DNA from: a virus
IMG/VR virus record: IMGVR_UViG_3300023179_000026
Location: 1-64,000 of that record
Reading direction: 5' to 3' (one strand)
DNA: 64,000 nucleotides
Positions 16,392-24,064 of this stretch are shown here, piece by piece (position 1 is the first letter of the stretch; each line of letters starts with the position of its first letter). The notes under the pieces were generated by a model. It did no database searches. It was not told the DNA's origin and saw only the letters and a list, made by a program, of their open reading frames with translations. Made by a program: the position numbers and the translations under genes.

Positions 16392-16395
16392 GTTA

Positions 16396-16469
16396 TGGCG
16401 TTCCATAGCGGATTTGAACCGCTGTTCACGGATAGAAAGTCCGTTTTCGTAACCCCTAGAAGAATGAAC
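16396..16469 (-). tRNA. tRNA-Glu(TTC), irregular acceptor and D arm
   Basis: Loop CTTTCTA, perfect anticodon and T arms; apparent 1-nt deletion in the acceptor 5' strand. Confidence 0.75.
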
Positions 16470-16473
16470 TTGA

Positions 16474-16944
16474 TTATGCTACAACAACATATCCCCACAA
16501 TTTACGTGGCTTGTTCGCTTTGTATCTGCTATCAAAAGCATCATGCACAACATGATTAATACACGCAGACAAGTGTCCCCTAGTATGCAGAATTACTTTA
16601 CCTGTAGGAATATCTTTTTTCGTTACATACTTACGTGACTTTTTTACTGATACATACTTGTAACCACGTTCTTCCAAATATTGTTTCCATACCGAGGTAA
16701 TAACACCTTTGTCAGGATTAAAATCATATCCCGCTGCATATTGCATTTCATTCAACTCCCACCACACTTGATGGTAGGGCAAACCTAATATAATTGAAAT
16801 TGAACGTGTTACACAATCACGTTTTTTTGTACCTTTAAATCCATCTGAAGCACGTCCACCATCTGTTTGAACATATGAACATGCTTCTTTTTCTAGACTG
16901 ATTACTGTTACTGAACCATTGTAATAATTAACATTCAATATCAT
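16474..16944 (-). CDS. Hypothetical protein, possible papain-like Cys hydrolase
   Basis: DCVTRSI...GHLSAC...D pattern. Confidence 0.5.
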   Translation of the reverse strand: MILNVNYYNGSVTVISLEKEACSYVQTDGGRASDGFKGTKKRDCVTRSISIILGLPYHQVWWELNEMQYAAGYDFNPDKGVITSVWKQYLEERGYKYVSVKKSRKYVTKKDIPTGKVILHTRGHLSACINHVVHDAFDSRYKANKPRKLWGYVVVA

Positions 16945-16997
16945 ATCAATCTCCTAATCAACAATTTAATTATATGTTAATTTGGACAAAGAGTCAA

Positions 16998-17243
16998 CTA
17001 TGCGGTTTTTTTAAATGTTTGTTGTGCGTAATCTACAACAGTTGCAGTGCTACCCCAAGCATTAGCAGGTATTTCGTTGTAAACATACAACATAATATCT
17101 TTTAATGCGGCTAAATTTTTAGAATCAGCTTTAAATACAGCACCCGCTAAATCATTAGTAAGTACTGCTCGGAGAAAACTACCTGGCATAATGCCTTCGT
17201 TAACATATCTGTCAAGTGAATCTTTAGTAGCTTGCGGTATCAT
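16998..17243 (-). CDS. Hypothetical protein
   Basis: MIPQATKDSLDRYV..PGSFLRAVL.NDL; AAGGAG RBS, start revised. Confidence 0.65.
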   Translation of the reverse strand: MIPQATKDSLDRYVNEGIMPGSFLRAVLTNDLAGAVFKADSKNLAALKDIMLYVYNEIPANAWGSTATVVDYAQQTFKKTA

Positions 17244-17253
17244 TTTTAACTCC

Positions 17254-17565
17254 TTACAGTTTAATCCAACCAAAACTATCACATAAAAACTCGGTGGTCT
17301 CACCATTGGTACACACTTCAACAATATCACCTATACTAAGCGAACGTCCTCTACCGTAAAGTTCTACACGTTCACTTTGACGATAAGGATTGTTAGTAAG
17401 GTCAAAAGCTTCTTCAGCAGCTTTTGTACCTTCAAGATCAGTGAAAAATGGTGCTGCAGCTTTATATAAATCAAGCACTGAACGAACTAACCCAATACGA
17501 TTTTTTGAGAAATAAAACTCGGTTGAAACTTCTTCGGGGGCTAACTTGATAGTCACTAAACTCAT
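17254..17565 (-). CDS. Hypothetical protein (YodL-like C-terminus)
   Basis: RSLSIGDIVEV...CDSFGW; own promoter. Confidence 0.55.
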   Translation of the reverse strand: MSLVTIKLAPEEVSTEFYFSKNRIGLVRSVLDLYKAAAPFFTDLEGTKAAEEAFDLTNNPYRQSERVELYGRGRSLSIGDIVEVCTNGETTEFLCDSFGWIKL

Positions 17566-17620
17566 TTCAATCTCCGTTTCGTTGTCAATAGAGATATATT
17601 ATCTAAATTTAGATATATTG

Positions 17621-18142
17621 TCAAGCAATTTTTATTTGTATGGTTTTTGCAACAGGTACTTGTCTTACATATTCGCCATCACCTTTACGGTTAGCCCAAG
17701 GTTTTAATGGATAGGACAAGATTAATTCACTGTCAATTAATACTGCTCTTGTGCATAACGCATTTAATTGAACATAACATACTTTGTGATCTTCAGCTAC
17801 AGTAAGTGGAATCTTTTTAAGATATTCTGCACTTTTACGCCACTGATGGTCTTTACGTTCAATACAATTAATTTCACTGAATGGAAATGGTGTATCATCC
17901 CGCCAATTACCATGTCTAACTTCTATTTCCCAAGTTTGGATAACTTTATCTGTATCTTTATCTAGGGTAAGTAAATCAATACCGTAATCATTTGGGTTTT
18001 CTATAGTTGTTAAAGTTGTAGGTAAAAAACCATTCAAATACTTAATAAATGCTTTCTTACCTTTACTATCATATTGAGAGTGATCGTTACGGTCAAATGG
18101 TTTGAGGTTACCACTCATACCACGTTTTTGTTCAATTTTCAT
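17621..18142 (-). CDS. Putative PD-(D/E)XK nuclease-like protein
   Basis: YGIDL...EIEVR pattern. Confidence 0.45.
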   Translation of the reverse strand: MKIEQKRGMSGNLKPFDRNDHSQYDSKGKKAFIKYLNGFLPTTLTTIENPNDYGIDLLTLDKDTDKVIQTWEIEVRHGNWRDDTPFPFSEINCIERKDHQWRKSAEYLKKIPLTVAEDHKVCYVQLNALCTRAVLIDSELILSYPLKPWANRKGDGEYVRQVPVAKTIQIKIA

Positions 18143-18158
18143 AAGTTATAAGTTAAGT

Positions 18159-18232
18159 TGGTGCCCCTTGACAGAATCGAACTGCCAATTGATGATTACA
18201 AATCAACCGTTATACCATTTAACTAAAAGGGC
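18159..18232 (-). tRNA. tRNA-Thr(TGT)
   Basis: Loop TTTGTAA, CCA. Confidence 0.9.
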
Positions 18233-18241
18233 AATAATAAT

Positions 18242-18598
18242 TTACCTAGCATCTCGTGTAAGATAATTTACACGAATTTTCTTTGGATTGAAATAAGTTT
18301 GGACAATATACTGTGCCAAATTTATATCAAATGGTTTACAGCTAAAAATATCGATATATGCAGAACCATCTAATTCCATGAAATGCGCTGTAATACTACT
18401 TGTTGTAATCGCTTGCATTAATGTATAACCTTGTTTGGGATCATCTTCAAGTAAATATTCAATCCATGGTTCACCTGCAGCAATCATATCAATAGTTGGC
18501 ACAAGGTACTTGATCCAATTGTATATGTTTTCACGACTATCGATTTTCTCGCAACCACTACAATCTAACAAAAGATGATAACCAAAATATTCTGACAT
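18242..18598 (-). CDS. speD: S-adenosylmethionine decarboxylase-like proenzyme
   Basis: GYHLLLD...ITTSSITAH...AYIDIFSCK.F. Confidence 0.75.
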   Translation of the reverse strand: MSEYFGYHLLLDCSGCEKIDSRENIYNWIKYLVPTIDMIAAGEPWIEYLLEDDPKQGYTLMQAITTSSITAHFMELDGSAYIDIFSCKPFDINLAQYIVQTYFNPKKIRVNYLTRDAR

Positions 18599-18618
18599 TC
18601 GTTTTCCTTTTTAATAAT

Positions 18619-19134
18619 TTATCCTAGTTCACGTTTTGTAATAATTTCTTTAAATGTTTCATCGTTAGAAAACACAGTGAACATGCCATTTTTATAACCT
18701 ATAAGATGTTTACCTAATGTTGCAGTATGTTCTGCCCATTCGTAAACATAATCTTTTATTGTAATTGATGTTGGAACCATTCTGTAGTAAAAATAATTTT
18801 CAATCCATTTAGGTAGTAGGATAATATCTGATTCACTTGGTTTCATATTGTCAGGTATGGTTGAATTTTCTCGCCAACCACATAAAAATACTTTACATAA
18901 TTGTGGACGCACAGGGTATATGCCACATCTTTTTTTAACAAGAAATCTACATTTACCACCACGTAAACTCATATCAAAACCATAAATGTCAGCAGAAAGA
19001 AACCCTTCGCAACATCTAGAACACCCATCACATGTTCTATCGTTTTTTTCTTGGTTTATTGGGTAAACGACCACTAGCTTTTTGTCTTTCGTAAAAATGA
19101 ACTTTAACGTGACAATTTGGGCATAGTACATCAC
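18619..19134 (-). CDS. YkgJ-type Cys-cluster (Zn/Fe-S) protein
   Basis: CDGCSRCC...CRFL...CGIYPVRPQLCK.F; true start uncertain because of HNH overlap. Confidence 0.7.
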   Translation of the reverse strand: MMYYAQIVTLKFIFTKDKKLVVVYPINQEKNDRTCDGCSRCCEGFLSADIYGFDMSLRGGKCRFLVKKRCGIYPVRPQLCKVFLCGWRENSTIPDNMKPSESDIILLPKWIENYFYYRMVPTSITIKDYVYEWAEHTATLGKHLIGYKNGMFTVFSNDETFKEIITKRELG

Positions 19135-19489
19135 ATTTGTCTAGTTCAGGTTTGATTTCTTCCAATGTTTTATTTCGCATTTGTGCCCATGTAAATTCTT
19201 TTTCAGACGGATCACGATGATGTAACGTGTATAACCCAAGAATAGGTTCGTCAATACCACATGCCATACAACGCATACCACCTTTATAATTTAAAGCTTC
19301 TATTTTACGTTGTTCAACACGATTCTTTTTGTAAAAATTTTTATTATCAATACACTTATGTTGAATGTTTTTCTTTTGAATTGCTATCCTTAAAAACTTT
19401 ATATCAACGTAAAGGGCTTTTGCTAAATCAGTAAGTGGCTTATTTTCAAAGTTGCTTACTTGTCTTTTTAAATTTTCAATAAATGTCAT
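19037..19489 (-). mobile_element. HNH endonuclease
   Basis: CMACG...LHHRDP.EK...ELDKCDVLCPNCH; directly behind tRNA-Asn. Confidence 0.8.
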
Positions 19490-19508
19490 ACAAACTCAAT
19501 AATATGTT

Positions 19509-19583
19509 TGGCTCCAATGCGTGGGATCGAACCACGGACCAATTGATTAACAGTCAACTGCTCTACCTCTGAGCTACATTGGA
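19509..19583 (-). tRNA. tRNA-Asn(GTT)
   Basis: Loop CTGTTAA, G73, CCA; TATAAATA at 19593-19600. Confidence 0.93.
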
Positions 19584-19624
19584 ATATGATTTTATTTATA
19601 AGCCACTACAACGGCTAAAATTTT

Positions 19625-19718
19625 TGGTGGAAAGTGTGGGATTCGAACCCACGAAGCAGCTTTTTGACCACTTGCCTTCTTAGCAGGAAGGTACCTTCAG
19701 CCTCTCGGTCAACTTTCC
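19625..19718 (-). tRNA. tRNA-Ser(GCT)
   Basis: Loop CTGCTAA, long variable arm, CCA. Confidence 0.9.
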
Positions 19719-19720
19719 GA

Positions 19721-19855
19721 TTATGCAAAAATAAATGCGTATACAAATATTGCTATAAACATTAATAATGATACCCACCAATAAGTAAGCATGCCTACTG
19801 TTATAAGTAATGCTAACCAAGCACCATGATACAAATGTAATTGCCACGTTGTCAT
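19721..19855 (-). CDS. Small membrane protein (44 aa, not in ORF track)
   Basis: MTTWQLHLYHGAWLALLITVGMLTYWWVSLLMFIAIFVYAFIFA, strongly hydrophobic. Confidence 0.5.
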   Translation of the reverse strand: MTTWQLHLYHGAWLALLITVGMLTYWWVSLLMFIAIFVYAFIFA

Positions 19856-19896
19856 AACAGTATTTATATGGTAGATACCACCGCACTGTAATTATA

Positions 19897-20514
19897 CTAT
19901 TTCGTAATAAAATTATCAACGATTGCAGTATTAAAACTTATACTAATACGATCTTTATTTGTATTATTAGTTAGTACATAATGGTCTAAATAGCCGGGAA
20001 AAATAACTAATTTGCCAGTCTTTGGAGGTATTTTCCATTCAATAGAATTAAATTCATTGTATTCGCTGATAATTTCCCCATTGCTATATAAATTGGCATA
20101 ACAATAGGTTTGTTCAATCTTAGAATTAGGATTGTTAAACACAATATCACCTGTATCAAAATCAGCTTCTACGTAGTACACTCCCGACAAATAAGATAAA
20201 CCATGATTATGGCGAAGATTATAATGATGTTTTTGATTTATATTTACCCAAACTGCAGTTATTTCTTGCGAAATATTTTGGCGCAGTTTTAAAATAAGAT
20301 TAGTGTTATTAACTCTAGCCATAATATGACTTAATAGGTCATCAAGCATTGGATGGTTACTTGGCACTAAGTTGCTCTGCCAACCACCACAATTAGTCAA
20401 TACTCTACCTGAGTCTGCTTTTTTTAATTCATAACAAAAATTTTTTAATTTTTGATTGTCAATTTCAAGATTATCAACTAATATAAAATTAGAAAAAATT
20501 GGGAAGGTATACAT
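19897..20514 (-). CDS. Putative 2OG-Fe(II) oxygenase (TIGR02466-like)
   Basis: WVNIN...HNH..SYLSGVYY..GDIVF...FPGYLDHYV...RISISFN. Confidence 0.85.
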   Translation of the reverse strand: MYTFPIFSNFILVDNLEIDNQKLKNFCYELKKADSGRVLTNCGGWQSNLVPSNHPMLDDLLSHIMARVNNTNLILKLRQNISQEITAVWVNINQKHHYNLRHNHGLSYLSGVYYVEADFDTGDIVFNNPNSKIEQTYCYANLYSNGEIISEYNEFNSIEWKIPPKTGKLVIFPGYLDHYVLTNNTNKDRISISFNTAIVDNFITK

Positions 20515-20528
20515 ATTTATTTCCTATA

Positions 20529-20623
20529 TGGTGGAGAGCGGAGGAGTCGAACCCCATCCCCTTCTTCAGCGGAACCCAGTTTTCAAGGCTGGTCGGCGCA
20601 CCAACGCACCTGCATCACTCTCC
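20529..20623 (-). tRNA. tRNA-Ser(TGA), unusual D arm
   Basis: Loop CTTGAAA, long variable arm, CCA. Confidence 0.82.
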
Positions 20624-20630
20624 GTAAACT

Positions 20631-21125
20631 TTATTTTATTTTAGGTACGATTTCACGATCCCAATAGCTTTTCTTACCTATTCTAGAAGAAACAGCTTTG
20701 TCTACACCTACAATGGATTTCCATTTTTCGGATCGTGCTTTACTTTGTTCAACATCAAACCCACTATAATCATCACCAACCCATTCCCACTTATGATGCC
20801 ATATCCAAGGATCAGCTAATGGTTTAGTAATTTTAACGTTACCATCTCTAGTAACTTTAATAGATGTGCCTACTGTAGGTTCATCTGCTGTGTCAAAGTC
20901 AGGTGATGAAATAAATGCGATTGAACCATCTTTTAAATCATAACGTACCACAGTGTAATCAAAATCAGGTGGTAACTTAGAAACAGCTAACTTATACCAT
21001 GACAAAGGTATTTCACGTTTGAGTAATGGTGAATTAACATAGTCTTTGTGAACATAAATTTGTCCACCTATGACTTTACCAATTTTACGATTGGTTGATT
21101 CTGTAAGTATTTCTTTAATTAGCAT
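20631..21125 (-). CDS. Hypothetical protein resembling a domain of DNA phosphorothioation-associated methyltransferases
   Basis: IGKVIGGQIYVH...SPDFDT..EP...WHHKW; start revised to 21125 because the longer ORF runs through tRNAs. Confidence 0.5.
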   Translation of the reverse strand: MLIKEILTESTNRKIGKVIGGQIYVHKDYVNSPLLKREIPLSWYKLAVSKLPPDFDYTVVRYDLKDGSIAFISSPDFDTADEPTVGTSIKVTRDGNVKITKPLADPWIWHHKWEWVGDDYSGFDVEQSKARSEKWKSIVGVDKAVSSRIGKKSYWDREIVPKIK

Positions 21126-21147
21126 GTTGTATTTATTCAAACAAAAA

Positions 21148-21224
21148 TGGCGTCCCCAGACCGAATCGAACGGCCAACCTTTGATTTTGGAGATCACTGC
21201 TCTGCCTAATTGAGCTATGGAGAC
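21148..21224 (-). tRNA. tRNA-Trp(CCA)
   Basis: Loop CTCCAAA, G73, CCA. Confidence 0.9.
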
Positions 21225-21233
21225 ATTTTCATA

Positions 21234-21309
21234 TGGAGTAAGCGACAGGAGTTGAACCTGCATAAAACGGGGTTGCAATCCGTTCCCTAGCCATTCGGGT
21301 CACGCTTAC
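21234..21309 (-). tRNA. tRNA-Cys(GCA)
   Basis: Loop TTGCAAC, U73, CCA. Confidence 0.9.
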
Positions 21310-21314
21310 ATATA

Positions 21315-21431
21315 AAACAGGATGCGTTATCGTTGCTCTACCATTAAGCTACATACCTTTTACAAGATATGGTAGTATTCGAACCTACAACCAACGGCTC
21401 CCGAAGCATCATAATTTGCTGTTAGCATCCT
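21315..21431 (-). ncRNA. Y-RNA-like element 4 (ACAGCAA family): YrlA-type circularly permuted tRNA mimic
   Basis: AGGATGC..ACAGCAA stem, then T arm (GTAGG-TTCGAAT-ACTAC), closed 7-bp acceptor (CATATCT-tgtaa-AGGTATG), then D arm (TA-GCTT-AATGGTA-GAGC). Confidence 0.85.
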
Positions 21432-21436
21432 AAACT

Positions 21437-21514
21437 TGGCACCCCCTGTAGGATTCAAACCCACGACCTTACCGTTCGTAGCGGTATGCTCTAAGTTCAC
21501 TGAGCTAAGGGGAT
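21437..21514 (-). tRNA. tRNA-Arg(ACG)
   Basis: Loop CTACGAA, CCA; T loop TTTGAAT. Confidence 0.88.
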
Positions 21515-21520
21515 ATATTT

Positions 21521-21685
21521 TTACATTCTTAAAACAACTGTACTCAATTATCTTAAGAATGTAGTGGGGCCATCCCCCACTTGCTCATCTTACTCCTGTG
21601 TTATCGCCACAGTTTCATACCGAGACTCCGACCGTTCGTGGCATGTTTATCGTGCACCACTGAGACCTCGTTTCTCACACACGTA
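21521..21685 (-). ncRNA. Putative structured RNA of unknown class heading the tRNA operon
   Basis: GC-richer ORF-free segment with hairpins TGAGA/TCTCA, CTGTG/CACAG, GTGGGG/CCCCAC and a 13-bp stem at 21522-21563. Confidence 0.5.
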
Positions 21686-21719
21686 AAACAAAAAACCCTA
21701 GGGGTTTATTCCTAGGGTT
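21686..21719 (-). terminator. Attenuator terminator
   Basis: AACCCTAGG-aataaacc-CCTAGGGTT followed by TTTTGTTTT. Confidence 0.85.
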
Positions 21720-21746
21720 CAGTGTAATCTAATGTACTATCTATGA

Positions 21747-21863
21747 TTAGCCTGAACCCCTGCCCCCAATATCCTCAAAATTATATGAGCGAGCATGGGG
21801 GATCGCACACCAACTTGGTTGTGTACCCTTCGCTAAACTCATTGTATTTCTGAGACTTTTCAT
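21747..21863 (-). CDS. 38-aa attenuator leader peptide (not in ORF track)
   Basis: MKSLRNTMSLAKGTQPSWCAIPHARSYNFEDIGGRGSG; last codons overlap the antiterminator strand. Confidence 0.7.
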   Translation of the reverse strand: MKSLRNTMSLAKGTQPSWCAIPHARSYNFEDIGGRGSG

Positions 21864-21870
21864 GTTTGTA

Positions 21871-21899
21871 ACTTTACCTTATAAAATTTGTTTTGTCAA
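21871..21899 (-). promoter_or_regulatory. Sigma70-type promoter for the leader/tRNA operon
   Basis: TTGACA-17 bp-TAAAGT; ATG 7 nt after the -10 (leaderless-like). Confidence 0.7.
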
Positions 21900-21978
21900 C
21901 TACTTTTGTATCTTAATGTAAGGTTATTTATACATTGTTGCAAAAACCCTACAAAAAAGCCATATTTTTTGCATATTT

Positions 21979-22057
<79 letters not shown>

Positions 22058-22098
22058 AACATGTTTCGTAATATAGCAGACAATTATTTAGGTGTCAA

Positions 22099-22953
22099 CT
22101 ACTTTAAACCCATTTCTTTCCTAATTTGGGTTGCACTGATACTAGTGATTGTTTCATCAAATGTTTCTTCACCACTTGTATAGCCTACACCACGACCCCA
22201 ACCAATATGTACAATGTTTGGTACTAACATAATTTCATATTGCCCTTGATACAATGGATCCAAATCACGCTTAATATAACCTTTAACTTGTTCTACATTG
22301 AAAGGATTACTTCCTTGCCATCCTTGCACATCACGTATTTGTATAATGACTTGTCCTGTGCGTTTAAGTAATCGTTCAAAAAGAGCACGATGACCTGCAT
22401 GCCACGGTTGCCAACGTCCTAGCATCTGCACCGTTTCTTTACGCCAATCGAAAGTTGGTCTACGTTGTTCTCTAATAATTCGTTCACCAACATATGCTAC
22501 CCAAAATTCAGCATTTTTTTCTGTAATACGAAAATCATATATTTCAGGTGGGACAAATGCTTTGTTAGTATCTTCATAACGACTATTGTCAATAGTATCC
22601 ATCCATATTGTCCAATCTGCTTTAAAATTATTGCGCATTTCAACTAGAGGAGCGACAAAATCACATATGACATAATCACTACCACTGTTTATAGCAAAAT
22701 CTGCCATACGTATAGATTGGCGTATACGACCTTCTGTGCTAAAGTCCCAATCATTGTATCGTTTTCTAACATCATCAGCATTAAACCATTTAACGGATGG
22801 TTTCCATTCTTTAGGAACAATTTCGTATCTGCTTAAAATGCTAATTGGCATTTCAGTTATTGAACGTGGCTGTTGTAGATAGTTTTTTAATCGTTCTGCA
22901 AAATATGTTTTACCTGCTCCTGGCAAGCCCATGATAAGAATTTTAGTAGTCAT
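22099..22953 (-). CDS. Adenylylsulfate kinase-like / cytidylyltransferase-like fusion
   Basis: GLPGAGKT P-loop, NADDVR..DFS.EGR; C-terminal GRWQPWHAGH (HxGH). Confidence 0.8.
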   Translation of the reverse strand: MTTKILIMGLPGAGKTYFAERLKNYLQQPRSITEMPISILSRYEIVPKEWKPSVKWFNADDVRKRYNDWDFSTEGRIRQSIRMADFAINSGSDYVICDFVAPLVEMRNNFKADWTIWMDTIDNSRYEDTNKAFVPPEIYDFRITEKNAEFWVAYVGERIIREQRRPTFDWRKETVQMLGRWQPWHAGHRALFERLLKRTGQVIIQIRDVQGWQGSNPFNVEQVKGYIKRDLDPLYQGQYEIMLVPNIVHIGWGRGVGYTSGEETFDETITSISATQIRKEMGLK

Positions 22954-22991
22954 AAAATTATTTAACTCGATTACATACTGTAAATATTTTT

Positions 22992-23555
22992 ATGAATTAT
23001 GATGCCTTTAGCCACGGACAAATAGAAAGTAAAATATGGTTGTGTGAAAAGTTAGAACCATATATTAAATTTAATTCAACAGTATGGGTATTAGGTAGTT
23101 GGTATAATACCGTAGCTTTGTTAATGCATACTAGAAAACCCTTTTACTATGAAATGATCATAGGGTATGACAATGACCCAAACTGCCAACCCATAGCTGA
23201 CAAAATTTGTGCAGCATGGACTATTCATGCTCCTATTAAAGTAAAAAATTTTGTTGCTGACGTAAACAATTTATCATGGGAAAACCCACCTGATGTTGTT
23301 ATTAATTGCAGTTTTGAGCATTTTGATGATCAAAAATGGTTTGATGATATTCCACAAGGTGTTTTAGTTTGTTTACAAAGTACGAATATAACTGATGTTA
23401 ATTATCCATGGCTAGTAAAATACCCTAGCAATTCATTAACAGATTTTAACTCTAAATTTAAACTACAAGAAAAATTATTTTTAGGGGTTCATCACATCAA
23501 GATGGGATTTAGTTCTAGCGGGTATGATAGATTTATGATGATTGGTTATAAGTAA
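22992..23555 (+). CDS. Class I SAM-dependent methyltransferase-like protein
   Basis: VWVLGSWY..YDND..VVINCSFEH pattern. Confidence 0.65.
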   Translation: MNYDAFSHGQIESKIWLCEKLEPYIKFNSTVWVLGSWYNTVALLMHTRKPFYYEMIIGYDNDPNCQPIADKICAAWTIHAPIKVKNFVADVNNLSWENPPDVVINCSFEHFDDQKWFDDIPQGVLVCLQSTNITDVNYPWLVKYPSNSLTDFNSKFKLQEKLFLGVHHIKMGFSSSGYDRFMMIGYK

Positions 23556-23987
23556 AGAACAATACGCATTATGGTCACTTGTTTCGCTTTTCTCCCAAGG
23601 TGAAGTAATTATAAAACCAACTGCTTCATAAGTTTTGACACTTGTTTTGCGTGGGTAGCTCCATACCATAGTGGCATTTTCTATAATAGCTTGATTTATT
23701 GTTGCAGTAAGTAAAATTTGCCCAAAGGATTGATTACGGTAATTTGGATGCACCCACAAACCACGTGAACGATACATATTTTCTGCACACATATGCCCAC
23801 TATTAACAGCTATAATATTTTTGTTAATCTTATAGCCAAAAAATGTTGGAGTAGTTTGTTTATTATCGTCAATATAACCACCTAAGTAAACCATAGCACT
23901 ATTAGGTTCAATTGGTGATTGTCTTGTAGGCCATAATTCAGTAGACCAAATTTGACAAATTTCTTCCCATGAAATTTTAGTTATCAT
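23481..23987 (-). CDS. GNAT acetyltransferase
   Basis: RGLWVHPNYRNQSFGQILL...YEAVGF. Confidence 0.75.
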   Translation of the reverse strand: MITKISWEEICQIWSTELWPTRQSPIEPNSAMVYLGGYIDDNKQTTPTFFGYKINKNIIAVNSGHMCAENMYRSRGLWVHPNYRNQSFGQILLTATINQAIIENATMVWSYPRKTSVKTYEAVGFIITSPWEKSETSDHNAYCSLLITNHHKSIIPARTKSHLDVMNP

Positions 23988-24064
23988 GATACATTATTTA
24001 TAAGCTGTATTCGAATAAATACTATTATTAACTAAAATGCTATAGGCACAACAAGGAATACAGT

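Noticed and set aside
19625-20623. A73 discriminator in both tRNA-Ser genes
   Set aside because: Bacterial SerRS relies mainly on the variable arm, so there is no clear functional implication.
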